A stretch of 64,000 nt of DNA from Pseudomonadales bacterium (GCA_046710535.1 JBKEHH010000015.1:3525-67524), one strand, 5' to 3'; numbered from the stretch's first letter, positions 1 through 8,757 are shown. A program made the numbers and translations. Notes: a model not told the origin generated them from the letters alone.

Positions 1-261
1 GAGCCGCTGCCAATTTGGATTGGGTGCGAATGAATAAGAGTATAAGGTGGACGGCACATCGCATGCGCAATCGGGATAGGTGTTTTCACGCCAGACGCCG
101 CCGACTTCAGTGGTTTTTTCTAACAGTACGTAATCAACGCCTGCCTGGTGTAATTTGATCGCAGCGCCAATGCCGGCGAAGCCCGCGCCAATAATAATAA
201 CTTCGTGAAAGGGCGTTTTCGCTGACGCTTTAATATTGCTGGTTGATGTGGCTGAAGCCAT
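1..261 (-). CDS. Flavin-containing / Baeyer-Villiger-type monooxygenase, N-terminal part (gene runs off the window start)
   Basis: Reverse-strand translation from the ATG at 261-259 reads MASATSTSNIKASAKTPFHEVIIIGAGFAGIGAAIKLHQAGVDYVLLEKTTEVGGVWRENTYP... It has a GxGxxG FAD fingerprint followed by a GGVW motif typical of FMO/BVMO enzymes. It is absent from the ORF track because the window edge cuts it. Confidence 0.7.
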   Translation of the reverse strand, partial: MASATSTSNIKASAKTPFHEVIIIGAGFAGIGAAIKLHQAGVDYVLLEKTTEVGGVWRENTYPDCACDVPSTLYSYSFAPNPNWQRL

Positions 262-313
262 GTGCTGCCTACCTTACTGCTTAATCAATGCTGAGTTAGT
301 GTTAATAAGTGTT

Positions 314-1180
314 TTATACTTTCTTATATCGGCGATAAAAATACCGATAGAGAGAACTGTTCTCTTCATTTTCATTTTTACGCCAACCATAAATTTTAGG
401 GCGCTCATAGCAGATAACCAATTTTTTCCACAGTAGCCAGTCATAGATAGCGAGAAAATTTTGTAGATTACTTCCCGAATTTTTACTGCGGCTGTGATGC
501 TGGTGGTGTTGAGTTGGGAACACAAAGATATGCGCCAAGGAGTACATTGTTTTCGAAACGATCGGGTTTTTATGATTGAGCAATTTTAGATCGTAATCGA
601 GATTGGCGTGGGTGTGAATACCCCATAGGCTTTTAATCGCGGTGCCGATAGCCCAGGCTTCAATTAAACCGAGATATAAGCAGATATAACCAAACCAATA
701 ATTGGGTAGGGAGAAGGCCCAGCCCCAGCCCACCACGATGGTCTGGCTGGCGCCGAGCTCTCCGCGGTTGTCTGCACCACCGTGGAGGTGATGGGTGCGG
801 TGGGTGACCTTGTAGTGGCGCTGTAGCTTAGCGAGTAACAGATTTTTGGGTGTTGGTGCGTGAGCGAAGTTGTGTACCCAGCCGTGTAATAACTCGTCGA
901 TTAACACAAAAACTACCGTGGCGGCGACTAAATGATCCTCTTCAAGCCAGGCCAGGGCGCCTAGATGTTGTGGGATTAGCAGTGCACAGAGTGAGAAGGT
1001 ACAAAAGATCAGTAGCGGTCGCTCTATGATCATCAGCCATGTCACTGCTATGCCCAGCATCTGCAAGTCTTTACTGTTCTTTTTGCCATTTTTGAATGCG
1101 CCTTTAGCCCCTTCATAGAGGATATAAAAGACGATCAGGCCCAAAGAATAATAGGTATAGCCGCTATCTACTGATTCCAT
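314..1180 (-). CDS. Sterol desaturase / fatty acid hydroxylase superfamily membrane protein
   Basis: 288 aa ORF with several hydrophobic segments and histidine boxes (HGWVHNFAH, HRTHHLH, HHQHH) typical of membrane di-iron hydroxylases. It lies directly upstream of, and co-oriented with, the monooxygenase. Confidence 0.7.
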   Translation of the reverse strand: MESVDSGYTYYSLGLIVFYILYEGAKGAFKNGKKNSKDLQMLGIAVTWLMIIERPLLIFCTFSLCALLIPQHLGALAWLEEDHLVAATVVFVLIDELLHGWVHNFAHAPTPKNLLLAKLQRHYKVTHRTHHLHGGADNRGELGASQTIVVGWGWAFSLPNYWFGYICLYLGLIEAWAIGTAIKSLWGIHTHANLDYDLKLLNHKNPIVSKTMYSLAHIFVFPTQHHQHHSRSKNSGSNLQNFLAIYDWLLWKKLVICYERPKIYGWRKNENEENSSLYRYFYRRYKKV

Positions 1181-1286
1181 TTGTTGCCGAGCTCAGTGCT
1201 CGCTCCTATTACCGTCGTATTTTGTATTCGAAGAGTAGGGTTTTATGTAATATAAGTAAATTTCAATAAACGTATAAGGTGTATTC

Positions 1287-2186
1287 GTGAAACTTAATTT
1301 ACGCTCTATAGATTTGAATTTACTCACTATTTTTGACGCGATCATGTCCGAAGGGCAGATGTCAAAAGCGGCAGAACGGCTACATATGACCCAGCCTGCG
1401 GCGAGTCACGCCCTTAAACGGCTGCGTCAAACCTTCGATGATGAGCTGTTTATGCGCACCCGCCATGGTATGAAGCCGACGCCGCGGGCGGCCGAAATTG
1501 CAGAGCCAATTCGGGAGGTGTTAGCGATTATTACCGACACCTTCGATGTTGATCAGCAGTTTGACCCCTCCTTGTCAGACCGTGTATTTAATATTGCCTT
1601 TGGCCGTTACGGTGAACTGATTTTACTGCCGAAGTTGCTCTCTAAGGTCAATGAGGTCGATACCGATATCAGCGTGCACTCCTACTTAGATGATCAGGCA
1701 ACCGGTATTGAACTGATAAAAGACGGCGATATTGATTTTTGCTTTGACTTTGTCGCGCCGGAGGATGGCAGGCTAGATTATTGCAACTTTCACGATCAGG
1801 AACTGGTAGTGATTGCGCGAAAAAAACACCCGCGCCTTTCGGCTAGTATCAGTGCCGATCAGTATTTTGAAGAGCGCCATGTAGTGATGGGCTTTGGCAA
1901 TGAACGGCGTGAGCGCTTACAGCAGTTTATGTCTGCTCAAGGGGGAACGCGCAAAATTTTGGCTGAGGTGAATCAGTATATAGCGGTGCCTACAGTCGTT
2001 ATGCAGTCAGACGGTATCGCGACGGTGCCACGAGAGATGGCAGAGTTTTATCTCTATAAAAATCAGTTGAAAATATACTCATTTCCATTCGATATGCCGC
2101 TGCTACCGATTTACTTGATTTGGCATAAGGCCATGAATCGCGATAGGGGACACCAGTGGTTAAAGCAGCAGATATTGTCCTGTTAA
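1287..2186 (+). CDS. LysR family transcriptional regulator
   Basis: 299 aa with a GTG start. The N-terminus (IDLNLLTIFDAIMSEGQMSKAAERLHMTQPAASHALKRLR) is a classic LysR HTH. The gene is divergent from the hydroxylase-monooxygenase pair. Confidence 0.9.
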   Translation: MKLNLRSIDLNLLTIFDAIMSEGQMSKAAERLHMTQPAASHALKRLRQTFDDELFMRTRHGMKPTPRAAEIAEPIREVLAIITDTFDVDQQFDPSLSDRVFNIAFGRYGELILLPKLLSKVNEVDTDISVHSYLDDQATGIELIKDGDIDFCFDFVAPEDGRLDYCNFHDQELVVIARKKHPRLSASISADQYFEERHVVMGFGNERRERLQQFMSAQGGTRKILAEVNQYIAVPTVVMQSDGIATVPREMAEFYLYKNQLKIYSFPFDMPLLPIYLIWHKAMNRDRGHQWLKQQILSC

Positions 2187-2345
2187 TAGGTGTCACAATT
2201 GTTTTGCTTATTTTGCATTAGCGTCATATTTTGTGACACTTAATTTGTAAGCTACTTTAAGTGTTAAGTGACGGCGTTATCAGAGCTTGAGGTTTGTGTG
2301 AGACTATTATTTGAGATTACTCTGTGATCAATACGCGAGCAGTGT

Positions 2346-2588
2346 GTGGAGTTTAAAGTTATGATCGACATGTACCAACTTTACGGAATGCCGGCTTCGC
2401 TTTATATGGCCAAGGCTCGCAGTTATTTGCGAAAGCAACATATTCCTTTTGTCGAGCGTGCGGGTGGCGACAGTTACTACAGCAAAAATATTGTGCCTGT
2501 AGTCGGTCGAATGATTATGCCTGTGCTAGAAACCCCCGATGGCGATTTGGTGCAAGATGGCGCCGATATCATCGATTATTTTGAATAA
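2346..2588 (+). pseudogene. Glutathione S-transferase-family gene, N-terminal thioredoxin-like domain only (3'-truncated)
   Basis: The sequence MYQLYGMPASLYMAKARSYLRKQHIPFVERAGGD...PVLETPDGDLVQDGADIIDYFE matches a GST N-terminal domain. The ORF stops after about 80 aa, immediately before repeat copy A. No GST C-terminal domain follows. Confidence 0.55.
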
Positions 2589-2601
2589 AAGGCTGAGCAT
2601 C

Positions 2602-2682
2602 AATAACAGCCTGGCGATGGTCAGCAGCTAGCACCTTGTAGTAGATTAAGTAATATTAGGGGTATTAATCCTTCCTATACCC
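2602..2682 (+). repeat. Unclassified repeat family, copy A (long form)
   Basis: aataacagcctggcgatggtcagcagctagcaccttgtagtagattaagtaatattaggggtattaatccttcctataccc. It is nearly identical by eye to 8328-8410, and its right two-thirds match 4862-4917, all in the same orientation. Confidence 0.85.
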
Positions 2683-2851
2683 GTGTTTTTTTTGCCTTAT
2701 TCTCCCCCCCGTCCTTTGTGGTCTCGGTGTTCCCCGCCTCAAGATGGGAATTTTTCGCAGTCAGGTAGACGCACTACGAAATTGACTCTGGCACTTGGCT
2801 CTGACCCCGGAAATTGCTTAACAGTCTTTGTGAACAGCCTTTGTATATAGC

Positions 2852-3880
2852 TTAGTCAGACATGGTCTCAAAAAACGACCATACCACGCGGCTCGTATCT
2901 ACATCTTGGTTGGCGTTGCGAAAGTACCACCACGCCAGTGGGTTTCTCCACCAATCGAGTCGTACACCGGGCCAATGGTGCCCCCCCTCGATAACCTTGT
3001 AAAACCAGACTTCGTTATTATGTGACGCAGACCAATATCGATCAAAAATAATGTGGCTACCGTCATTGGCTGCATTATTTGGCAACTTGCTCGACTGCGT
3101 GAGTGTTAGCTCGTTAAGCCCTACCCACAAGGCAATCGTCGCCGGCAAATCCAGATAAGGACCCCATCCGCCGGAATTTTCCATGTCACCAGTGAATAAC
3201 GATACCTCGTCTTTAGTGCCGTGGACTTCGAATATTGGTAGCGGTCTGCTGGGCGAACAAGTTTCAAAGGTTTCTTTCATCATTATGCCTGCGATTGGGG
3301 CAGCTGCACGAATAAGATCTGATGCTTGGCATGCAAGCACATAACTCATGTCCGCGCCGTTTGACATACCGGTTGCAAAGACCTTGTCTGGATTGAGGGC
3401 TAGCTCGCCTTGCAGGTGTGCGACGAGATCGCGAATAAACTGTAGATCATCCACTGAGGAGTCAGAGTGGAACTCGTACCCAACATTGAAAAACGCGTTA
3501 CCTTGCTTATCGACCGTACCTTGTGGGTAGACCACAACAAAACCTTCTTCGTCCGCGACCTCATTCATACCTGAATAAGACATGATGCTATCCGCGGACC
3601 CCGTGTAGCCATGCATGACGATCACAAGTGGCGCAGGCTGTGTCAATTGCTTGGGTACATGTAACAAATAAGAACGCACTAGAGCGCCTGACTGAAGCTC
3701 ATATTGTCCAGATGCCACATCGGTTGCGCGGCCTTCAGCATTGGCGAAGCCCGCGATCATTGCGAGTAGCAACAACAAAATAGGCCGCGTTGGTTTTGAC
3801 GAGCCAGATACGTTGTACATTGGGTAAATCTTCTCAATGGAAAGTACAAGAAGGATAAAAGCCCTATCTACTGGTGTCAA
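2852..3880 (-). CDS. Secreted esterase, PHB-depolymerase / LpqC-like alpha/beta hydrolase family
   Basis: Contains LVIVMHGYTGSADS...EGFVVVYPQG and the nucleophile elbow GMSNGA. The likely true start is the ATG at 3820 (MYNVSGSSKPTRPILLLLLAMIAGFANA signal peptide). Confidence 0.8.
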   Translation of the reverse strand: MTPVDRAFILLVLSIEKIYPMYNVSGSSKPTRPILLLLLAMIAGFANAEGRATDVASGQYELQSGALVRSYLLHVPKQLTQPAPLVIVMHGYTGSADSIMSYSGMNEVADEEGFVVVYPQGTVDKQGNAFFNVGYEFHSDSSVDDLQFIRDLVAHLQGELALNPDKVFATGMSNGADMSYVLACQASDLIRAAAPIAGIMMKETFETCSPSRPLPIFEVHGTKDEVSLFTGDMENSGGWGPYLDLPATIALWVGLNELTLTQSSKLPNNAANDGSHIIFDRYWSASHNNEVWFYKVIEGGHHWPGVRLDWWRNPLAWWYFRNANQDVDTSRVVWSFFETMSD

Positions 3881-4084
3881 TTTTCAAAATTATCTCCAAT
3901 ATTTAATAAACCCTCGTCTTCTTAGCCGGAGTCCCAGCAACCCAAACAATTTCTCAACAATTTTTTCGTCATTTCAAACAGAAGCCGTCATTAGCCAACA
4001 GCTATTCCCGCCGCCTATTGGTGCCAGCGAGTAGAATTATCAAACTATTCTGATGTCAGCCAAGCAAGCTATACTCAATACTCC

Positions 4085-4768
4085 CTAGAAATTATAGATA
4101 ATCGCTACGCGTAATGAGCGTTCTTCATAACTCTGTCTTTCGGTATAACCATCGCCATAGATTTCTTCTGTGCTGATAGTCTCATCGCCGTAATCTGCAT
4201 AGCGATACTCGGCCTGCAGCGATAGAGTTTCATTAAGAACATGTTCTACACCAATACCCGCAGCCCAACCATCCTGGGTGTCACTGGAGCTTTGCGACTC
4301 ATCACCATCAAAGTAACTGCGGTCTAGCTCAGCACTGGCATAACCCGCAGTTAAGTAGGCCATGGTTTTATTGCTGTTAAACAGGTACCCAGCTCGCGCT
4401 CTGATCGATAGCGCATTTTCTAACTCAACTGTTACCCGGTAATCCTCGTCCGGCTCGCCTTCATCGAGAAACAAAGACTTGTCATCCGCATTGGCAAAGA
4501 CGTAGTCCGCTTCAATACCCAGCACCAGATTATTGCCAACCGCCCAGCTATATCCTGCAACAAAGCTGATAATTGAGCCGCTTGGTTCGTTTTTAGCGGT
4601 ATAACCATCGAATTCACCATCACTAAATTCCTGGTTGGTATCCTCCCCATCAACATAACCAAGACTGAGCCCGCCATAAAGACCTGCAAAGCTGTTATCT
4701 GCGATCGCGCCAGAGCAACTGACAGCAAAGAGTGTTGCGATAAAAAGTTTTTTCATAGTGATCTCCAC
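4085..4768 (-). CDS. Outer-membrane beta-barrel protein (OmpA-like TM / opacity porin type)
   Basis: Signal peptide MKKLFIATLFAVSCSGAIA (probable start 4756), alternating amphipathic strands, and a C-terminal ...RVAIIYNF ending in an aromatic residue. Confidence 0.75.
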   Translation of the reverse strand: MEITMKKLFIATLFAVSCSGAIADNSFAGLYGGLSLGYVDGEDTNQEFSDGEFDGYTAKNEPSGSIISFVAGYSWAVGNNLVLGIEADYVFANADDKSLFLDEGEPDEDYRVTVELENALSIRARAGYLFNSNKTMAYLTAGYASAELDRSYFDGDESQSSSDTQDGWAAGIGVEHVLNETLSLQAEYRYADYGDETISTEEIYGDGYTERQSYEERSLRVAIIYNF

Positions 4769-4861
4769 AGGTGATTATTTTTGGATATAGTTTGTCACAA
4801 ATTTTGTTTTATGCCAGCTGTTCTGGCTATAAATCGTCTCATTATATCGTGTATAAAGCTA

Positions 4862-4917
4862 AGCTAGCACCTTGTAGTAGATTGAGCGATATTAGCGATA
4901 TTAATCCTTCCTATACC
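4862..4917 (+). repeat. Unclassified repeat family, copy B (short form)
   Basis: agctagcaccttgtagtagattgagcgatattagcgatattaatccttcctatacc. It aligns with the right-hand part of copies A and C in the same orientation. Confidence 0.8.
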
Positions 4918-4949
4918 TAAAAGGGGCTTCTCATCCAGCTCTAATAGCC

Positions 4950-5189
4950 TTATGTCTGTTGGCAGGCCCCTTTGTGTGGAATAGTCTCAAGCAAGCCTGC
5001 TTTGATGAGCTCTTGTTCGTACTGAGCAGTAAACATCTCTTTGGCTGCTGCATACATAAAAAACGTTTCATCGTTAGTGTTGTTCACCTGTCTACGGGTT
5101 TTCATGAAATTATTAAAGTGCGTGCCCACAGACTTTTTGACTGAGTTACCTATGCACGCGTTAAAGTGACTTTTTATGTTAGCAAACAT
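4950..5189 (-). CDS. Hypothetical small protein (weak)
   Basis: 79 aa ORF with no recognisable motifs. Its 3' end overlaps an 8 bp-stem hairpin (aaaggggc...gcccctttg). It sits between repeat B and the proB remnant. Confidence 0.25.
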   Translation of the reverse strand: MFANIKSHFNACIGNSVKKSVGTHFNNFMKTRRQVNNTNDETFFMYAAAKEMFTAQYEQELIKAGLLETIPHKGACQQT

Positions 5190-5209
5190 TGCTCTTGATT
5201 CAGTTTCCT

Positions 5210-5673
5210 ATACCCTGCGCGCCCACAGCTGATACACGAGCTTCAGGCGGCTGCTGCGGTGGGACAGTCGGCGCTAATACAAAGCTATGAGACAGCCTTC
5301 AAACACACCGATATTGCCACCGCGTAAATATTGTTGGTACACGACGATGTGGGCGCCCGAGACCGCTATCTGAATGCACGGAAGCAGTGGCTAGCAGGAA
5401 TGGAGCAGCCTTCAGGGCGTTTAAAGTTGGATGACGATGCGGTGCGCCTGATAGCAGTTTGCTGTCTACAGGCGTGTGCAGGGAGATTTTGCGCGGGGCG
5501 ATATGATTTCTTGCCACGATTCCCAGGGCCGTGAAGTAGCCCGCGGACTGGTGAACTACAGTGCGGTTAAAGCCCTGCTTATCATGGGTTTACCTTCAAG
5601 TGATATCGAGTCCACTCTCGGTTACTGGGGCGATGAAGAACTGATCCGCCGTAATAATCTGGTTCTGTTTTAG
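5210..5673 (+). pseudogene. proB: Glutamate 5-kinase (proB) remnant with N-terminus missing, internal deletion, in-frame stop and frameshifts
   Basis: The translation ...[49 protein letters not shown] matches the ProB kinase-domain region, with a TAA where Gln is expected. The sequence then jumps to the PUA-domain end ([28 protein letters not shown]...[20 protein letters not shown] 5476-5673) in another frame. Confidence 0.8.
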
Positions 5674-5714
5674 GCGCTATACGTCGGGCACTGGGTAGGC
5701 TTGGGCTGGCTGAC

Positions 5715-7256
5715 CTAGCTCAGCCAGCGTCCCAGAGATGTCTTCACCCAGAGGAAGTTCATTAGTTTCTTGATTCCCTCTGCGTTTTTGGCGCTGTAGG
5801 GATAACCATTCTGCATTTTACCACCGAAGCGATCGATTACGATGGGCATTTCATGGCAATAGCCGCGGATGCCTTTCTTACCGTTGACTTGACCCAGCCC
5901 TGAGTTTTTCTTCCCCCCAAATGGTGCGGCGGGAATACCATAGCTCACTGCCATGTCGTTGACACTACAGGCGCCGGTATCGATGGCTGCGGCTAACCGG
6001 TATCCCTTGTCTTTATCTTTGGTCCACACGTTACCATTGAGCCCAAACTCAGAATCATTGGCCAGGGCCACGGCTTCATTTTCGTTATCCACTTTTTGGA
6101 TGCACAAAACGGGGCCAAATGTCTCCAGCAGCATGATGTCCATACTATTATCTACCCCTGTAATGACAGTAGGCTCGTAATAAAGACCCGGAAGATCGGG
6201 ATTGCGGCGCCCCCCCATCAGAATATTGGCACCTTTCTTTCGGGCGTCTTCCACGTGGGCTTCGATGATGGTCATCTGTCTGTCCCAGAATACGGCGCCG
6301 ATATCTTCATCCCAGCCGTGTTGTGCACCCTGGCGCAGGCCCTTACCTTTTTCGAGTACCAGACGCATGAATTCGTCGTAGACGTCCTTCACCACGTAGA
6401 TGCGCTCTGTGCCGCAGCAGTAATGGCCAGTGTTCATGCACGAGCCTACCCAGGCGCCGTCTGCGGCACGGTCTAAGTCGGCATCAGCGCATACGATCAT
6501 AGCGTCGTTGCCGCCTAGTTCCAGTGTGCAGGGGATCAATTGACTGGCGGAGGCTTCGGCGACCTTGCGGCCGGTGGCAACTGAGCCAGTAAAGGACACT
6601 TTGTCTACGCCACCACGCACGATGGCGGCACCGGTTTCGCCATCACCCAGGAGCACCTGTAGCACGCCTTCAGGTAGGCCCGCTTGGAGAAAAATTTCCT
6701 CTGCCAATTTTGCCGAATAAGGGGTGACCTCAGAGCCTTTTGCAACCACGGCATTACCTGCCAGTATGGCCTGAGCTACCTGGTTCATGACCAGTACAAA
6801 AGGGCCATTCCAGGGTGTAATGAGTCCCACGACACCCAGCGGCTTATAAAGAATGCGCAGTTGCTTCATTAAGCCTAAAATGCCGTGTACCCTACGCTTG
6901 CGGGGCTTGAGGAGCTTCTCGGCATTTTTAGCGTAGTAGCAGAGCTGATCTGCGACCGAAAAGACCTCCATGCTCATGGCATCAGTGCGGGCTTTACCCG
7001 TTTCCTTGACCACTACGTCGATGATGTCGTCTTGGCGTTCGAGCACAATTTTCAATGCACGTTCGACCACGGCGGCGCGCTCTTTCATACTAGTGGCAGC
7101 CCAAGCCGGCTGTGCCGCTCTGGCTTTAGCAATGGCAGTAGCAACATCCTCTGCATTGGCGCAAATCATTTCACCTGTGAGTTCCATCGTGGCGGGACTG
7201 CGCAGCTGTAGATGACGTCGAGAGTCTGTGGATTCGATGGATTCGTAGATAGACAT
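5715..7256 (-). CDS. NAD(P)-dependent aldehyde dehydrogenase family protein
   Basis: 513 aa with ALDH motifs (VSFTGSVATG, LELGGNDAMIV, a catalytic Cys region, EETFGPVL-like LETFGPVL). Confidence 0.9.
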   Translation of the reverse strand: MSIYESIESTDSRRHLQLRSPATMELTGEMICANAEDVATAIAKARAAQPAWAATSMKERAAVVERALKIVLERQDDIIDVVVKETGKARTDAMSMEVFSVADQLCYYAKNAEKLLKPRKRRVHGILGLMKQLRILYKPLGVVGLITPWNGPFVLVMNQVAQAILAGNAVVAKGSEVTPYSAKLAEEIFLQAGLPEGVLQVLLGDGETGAAIVRGGVDKVSFTGSVATGRKVAEASASQLIPCTLELGGNDAMIVCADADLDRAADGAWVGSCMNTGHYCCGTERIYVVKDVYDEFMRLVLEKGKGLRQGAQHGWDEDIGAVFWDRQMTIIEAHVEDARKKGANILMGGRRNPDLPGLYYEPTVITGVDNSMDIMLLETFGPVLCIQKVDNENEAVALANDSEFGLNGNVWTKDKDKGYRLAAAIDTGACSVNDMAVSYGIPAAPFGGKKNSGLGQVNGKKGIRGYCHEMPIVIDRFGGKMQNGYPYSAKNAEGIKKLMNFLWVKTSLGRWLS

Positions 7257-7281
7257 GGTGGCCTCCTCTTATGGATTGGAT

Positions 7282-7301
7282 AAACTAATGGTCATTAGTT
7301 T
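7282..7301. promoter_or_regulatory. Perfect 20 bp palindrome, candidate operator upstream of the aldehyde dehydrogenase
   Basis: aaactaatggtcattagttt is its own reverse complement. It lies 26-45 nt upstream of the ALDH start codon at 7256. Confidence 0.35.
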
Positions 7302-7507
7302 GGGTGTCAATGTCTTTTGTGGGCACGCTGACTGGCCAATAAAGTCAGTCGTCGGACGGGTGGGTTCTGACCTATTAATCCGGAACATACTGGTATGGCC
7401 GTTAGAGGTGATGTCGAATGTGGAATAATGCGCGACTTCTCACTAAACCTCACTATACCCTGAGTTGTATATTAAACGAGCTAATGGCTTGGCAATTACT
7501 TATTACC

Positions 7508-8140
7508 TCAAGCCTCCACTATCTTACTAGCCTTGTTAACGGTATTATTCTTATCTGGCTGCGTAGCCTGTGAGCCACCGGCTGCGTAGCGGTGATTGAC
7601 CTCGCTGTGGTGTTGTTCATCGGCGCGTACATGCTTGATAAGATCGGCCAACTTAGCGTTAGCATTCATCTTGTAGTAATCTATTGCCAATTGTGGGGCC
7701 GCCACGTTTTCCATAGCGCCACTTTCTACTAATTCTAGATACTCTGTATAACTAAGCACCGCTTCTTCTTCGAAATATGCAACCATTTTGTGTGCGGTGC
7801 GGTTATCGACTAGATACAACACTAAATAAAAAATACTAAAAGTAAACTGCGCAATGAGCACTAACCAGCGCTCAGCCCAATTTGGTTTAGCAATCTCAAT
7901 AAAAAACATCAAGTGCATCCTTTCGTTCTCTGCTTCAGCCAGCAACTCTCTAATATCAGCACCGTAGCCCGTCTTCATTTTCCGCAGACTTGTAAAGTGC
8001 AAGAACACCCCGGCTACCATTCCGGGGACTCCGGCAACTGTTTCCAGTACAACTGCCCTATGCCCATACCTTTTTGCAAAAAATGTGTCAGCGATCAATC
8101 TGAAAAAATTAGTCATCGATTTGGCTATTTTATCTCTCAT
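7508..8140 (-). CDS. aox: Alternative oxidase (cyanide-insensitive ubiquinol oxidase, di-iron carboxylate)
   Basis: All four AOX iron-binding motifs are present: LETVAGVPGMV, NERMHL, FEEEA and RADEQHH. Confidence 0.9.
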   Translation of the reverse strand: MRDKIAKSMTNFFRLIADTFFAKRYGHRAVVLETVAGVPGMVAGVFLHFTSLRKMKTGYGADIRELLAEAENERMHLMFFIEIAKPNWAERWLVLIAQFTFSIFYLVLYLVDNRTAHKMVAYFEEEAVLSYTEYLELVESGAMENVAAPQLAIDYYKMNANAKLADLIKHVRADEQHHSEVNHRYAAGGSQATQPDKNNTVNKASKIVEA

Positions 8141-8327
8141 AAATATTTCCCGTACATTCAGATATGGTGATTTTAAAGTTGGCCACCGAGGTGTTTTATT
8201 TTTACGCAGTTAGCACTCTTTTGGATTATCCAGCCTAGAGAGCTTAAAATGAGTACAGGTGAGCTGAACGAAGTCGCCAGCTAATCCGAGAGGTTTAAAT
8301 AGAATTAGCCGGCCGCTGCCTAAGCAA

Positions 8328-8410
8328 TAATAACAGCCTGTCGATGGTCAGCAGCTAGCACCTTGTAGTAGATTGAGTGATATTGGGGGATATTAATCCT
8401 TCCTATTCCC
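8328..8410 (+). repeat. Unclassified repeat family, copy C (long form)
   Basis: aataacagcctgtcgatggtcagcagctagcaccttgtagtagattgagtgatattgggggatattaatccttcctattccc. It shows only a handful of differences from copy A by eye. Confidence 0.85.
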
Positions 8411-8757
8411 CTGACAGCCTCGACGTTAACCTTTCTGTTACTTTCAACGACATTCGCACCAGCACCTATGATGACGCAGGTAATAGGACGCGTCTGAGCG
8501 CGGATTTTGACAGTGACGGTATTGGCGATAGTTGGTCCGAGTTCACCTCTGATACCAATGGTAATCTGGAAAGTAAAAGCGTTGTTAGTTACGGTGCTGC
8601 GTGGCGATGGGAGTGCACCTATGATACCAACGGCAATCAGTTAAATTCGACCCTCTCTGACGCTGACGGTACTGTGAACAGGAGCTTCACCTACACTTAT
8701 GTTGATTCAACTGTCGGGCATGCTTATGCATATATCACTAATGATGGTCCGGGCTAA
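8377..8757 (+). pseudogene. YD-repeat (Rhs-family) protein fragment
   Basis: The translation contains YD-type repeats (TYDDAGNRTRL, TSDTNGNLES, TYDTNGNQLNS, DADGTVNRSFTYTY). At 126 aa it is far shorter than Rhs proteins. The ORF opens inside repeat copy C with no credible native start. Confidence 0.5.

Noticed and set aside
2190-2240. Inverted repeats gtgtcacaa / ttgtgacac and acacttaa / ttaagtgt downstream of the LysR gene as CRP or regulator sites
   Set aside because: The half-sites do not fit the CRP TGTGA-N6-TCACA spacing. The downstream gene is only a GST fragment, so a regulatory role cannot be argued from sequence.
2602-2682. Repeat family as integron attC or XerCD dif-like sites
   Set aside because: The ends carry no RYYYAAC / GTTRRRY inverse-core/core pair. 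There is no resemblance to the 28 bp dif consensus, and no integron integrase is present.
5953-7215. Plus-strand ORFs inside the aldehyde dehydrogenase. Similar antisense ORFs lie inside hflX, the RND pump, the Mo-enzyme, pckA, hslO, SulP, the aminotransferase, plsB, phoD, the TonB receptor, mutY, asmA (e.g. 57640-58176, 58516-58947) and hisF (61629-62219)
   Set aside because: All are shadow ORFs on the opposite strand of long genes with strong family signatures. They have no independent motif support.
2602-8410. Repeat copies A and C as a diversity-generating retroelement TR/VR pair (three of the differences are A in copy A versus G in copy C)
   Set aside because: No reverse transcriptase gene is nearby. 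The repeat is short. Other differences are not at adenines. The repeat lies at the 5' edge, not the 3' end, of the only adjacent ORF.
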